DNA from: Chiloscyllium plagiosum
Lineage: Eukaryota
Direction of reading: 5' to 3'
Length of the DNA stretch: 20,000 bases
NCBI RefSeq assembly: GCF_004010195.1
Contig: NC_057718.1
Location: 74,891,324-74,911,323 of the forward strand
The stretch's first letter is position 1. Every line of letters starts with the position of its first letter. A program made the position numbers and the translations under genes. Below the pieces are notes generated by a model that was not told where the DNA came from, searched no databases, and saw only the letters and a list, made by a program, of their open reading frames with translations. Of this stretch, positions 18,913-20,000 are shown in pieces.

Positions 18913-20000
18913 TAAGAATGATGTTTTTTCTTGATTATATGTTTTTGGAGATATGTCTTTTGATTAAACTTAAAATATAAGCCATAACTATTCATTTAAC
19001 CTGGGGCAGTGTTTATAGAGGAATAAGACAATGTTACTTTCTGGGTTTGTAGATTGTGAAGGAGCAAAAATGGCATTTAATAGAGTGATATGCACTTCTT
19101 GTCAGATGTGGGAGTTTAAAGAGAGTTTAAGGGTTACTGTGGATTATATCTGCCATAAATGTTGTTGGCTGTGAATCTTATCAGATCAAATGGATCGGTT
19201 GGAGAGACAGTTAGAAGCAATGAGGGATTTGCAACAGTAACAGTATGTGATGGATGGCAGTTATAGGAAAGAGGGGAACGTCTCAGATACAGTCACATAG
19301 ATGGGTTAACTCCAGGAAATGAAAAAGAGGTAGGCAGCTAGTGCAGGAGCTTTTTGTGGATATACCCATTTCAAACAGGTATGCTGTTTTGGAAAATGTA
19401 GGGGGTGATGGATTCTCAGGGGAACGTAGCATAAACAGCCAAGTTCCTGATATTGAGACTGGCTCTAATGCAATGAGGGGTACGTCAGCTTCCAAGAGAT
19501 CAATTGCGTTAGGGGATTCTCTAATCCGAGGTACAGACAGATATTTCTGTGGCCAGCAGCGAAAAAGCAGAATGATGTGTTGCTTCCCTGGTGCCAGGAT
19601 CAAGGATGTCTCAGAGAGGGTGCAGAATGTTCTCACAGGGGAGAGGGGCCAGCAAGAGGTCATTGTCCACATTGGAACCAACAACATAGGAAGGGAAAAG
19701 GTTGAGATTCTGAAGGGAGATTACAGAGAGTTAGGCAGAAATTTAAAAAAAGGAAGTCCTCGAGAGTAGCAATATCTGGAATACTCTCAGTGCTACGAGC
19801 TAGTGACAGCAGGAATAGGAAGATAGAGCAGATGAATGCATGGCTGAGGAGCTGGTGTATGGGAGAAGGATTCACATTTTTAGATCATTGGAATCTCTTT
19901 TGGGGTAGAAGTGACCTGTACAAGGAGGATGGATTGCACCTAAATTGGAAGGGGACTAATATACTGGTAGGGAAATTTACTAGAGCTGCACAGGAGGATT
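18913..20000 (+). mobile_element. CR1 5' region (putative 5' UTR plus ORF1), continuing beyond the window
   Basis: It contains the ORF1 described in the next feature. The UTR assignment of 18913-19069 is inferred from position only. Confidence 0.75.
19070..20000 (+). pseudogene. CR1 ORF1p (Cys-rich finger, coiled coil, SGNH esterase), disrupted
   Basis: From ATG 19070: MAFNRVICTSCQMWE..YICHKCCWL*ILSDQMDRLERQLEAMRDLQQ*. Then SNRYAVLE, GDSLIRG, CFPGARIKDV, VIVHIGTNNI and DGLHLN (SGNH blocks). It has stops and frameshifts. Confidence 0.88.

Noticed and set aside
19341..19769. Host SGNH/GDSL esterase gene
   Set aside because: The upstream Cys-finger and coiled coil, the stops and the frameshifts identify it as CR1 ORF1 rather than a cellular gene.

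Overview
This is eukaryotic, repeat-saturated DNA, most likely intronic or intergenic sequence from a shark. That inference rests on HE1-type tRNA/V-SINEs with CR1-derived tails, shark-type CR1 LINEs and Penelope (PLE) elements. I find no intact host gene: nearly every ORF in the track is a transposon fragment or its antisense shadow. The window holds about ten CR1 LINE pieces (nested, inverted or duplicated), an older CR1/L2-group LINE, four tRNA-derived SINEs, two Penelope RT/GIY-YIG copies and two short palindromic PLE-derived inserts with target-site duplications (TSDs). One of those inserts (16400-16595) carries an apparently intact minimal hammerhead ribozyme core. Two fossils are largely invisible in the ORF track: a PIF/Harbinger DDE transposase pseudogene (1122-2037) and a decayed LTR-retrotransposon pol in integrase-then-RT (Ty1/copia) order (~8595-10540), interrupted by two SINEs. 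Local rearrangement scars include an inverted templated copy spanning a nesting junction, a 38-bp copied patch beside a G-quadruplex motif, a ~300-bp tandem duplication and possible CR1 5' inversions. I see no evidence for an intact novel multi-gene system. Family assignments come from manual translation and remembered motifs, not database searches.
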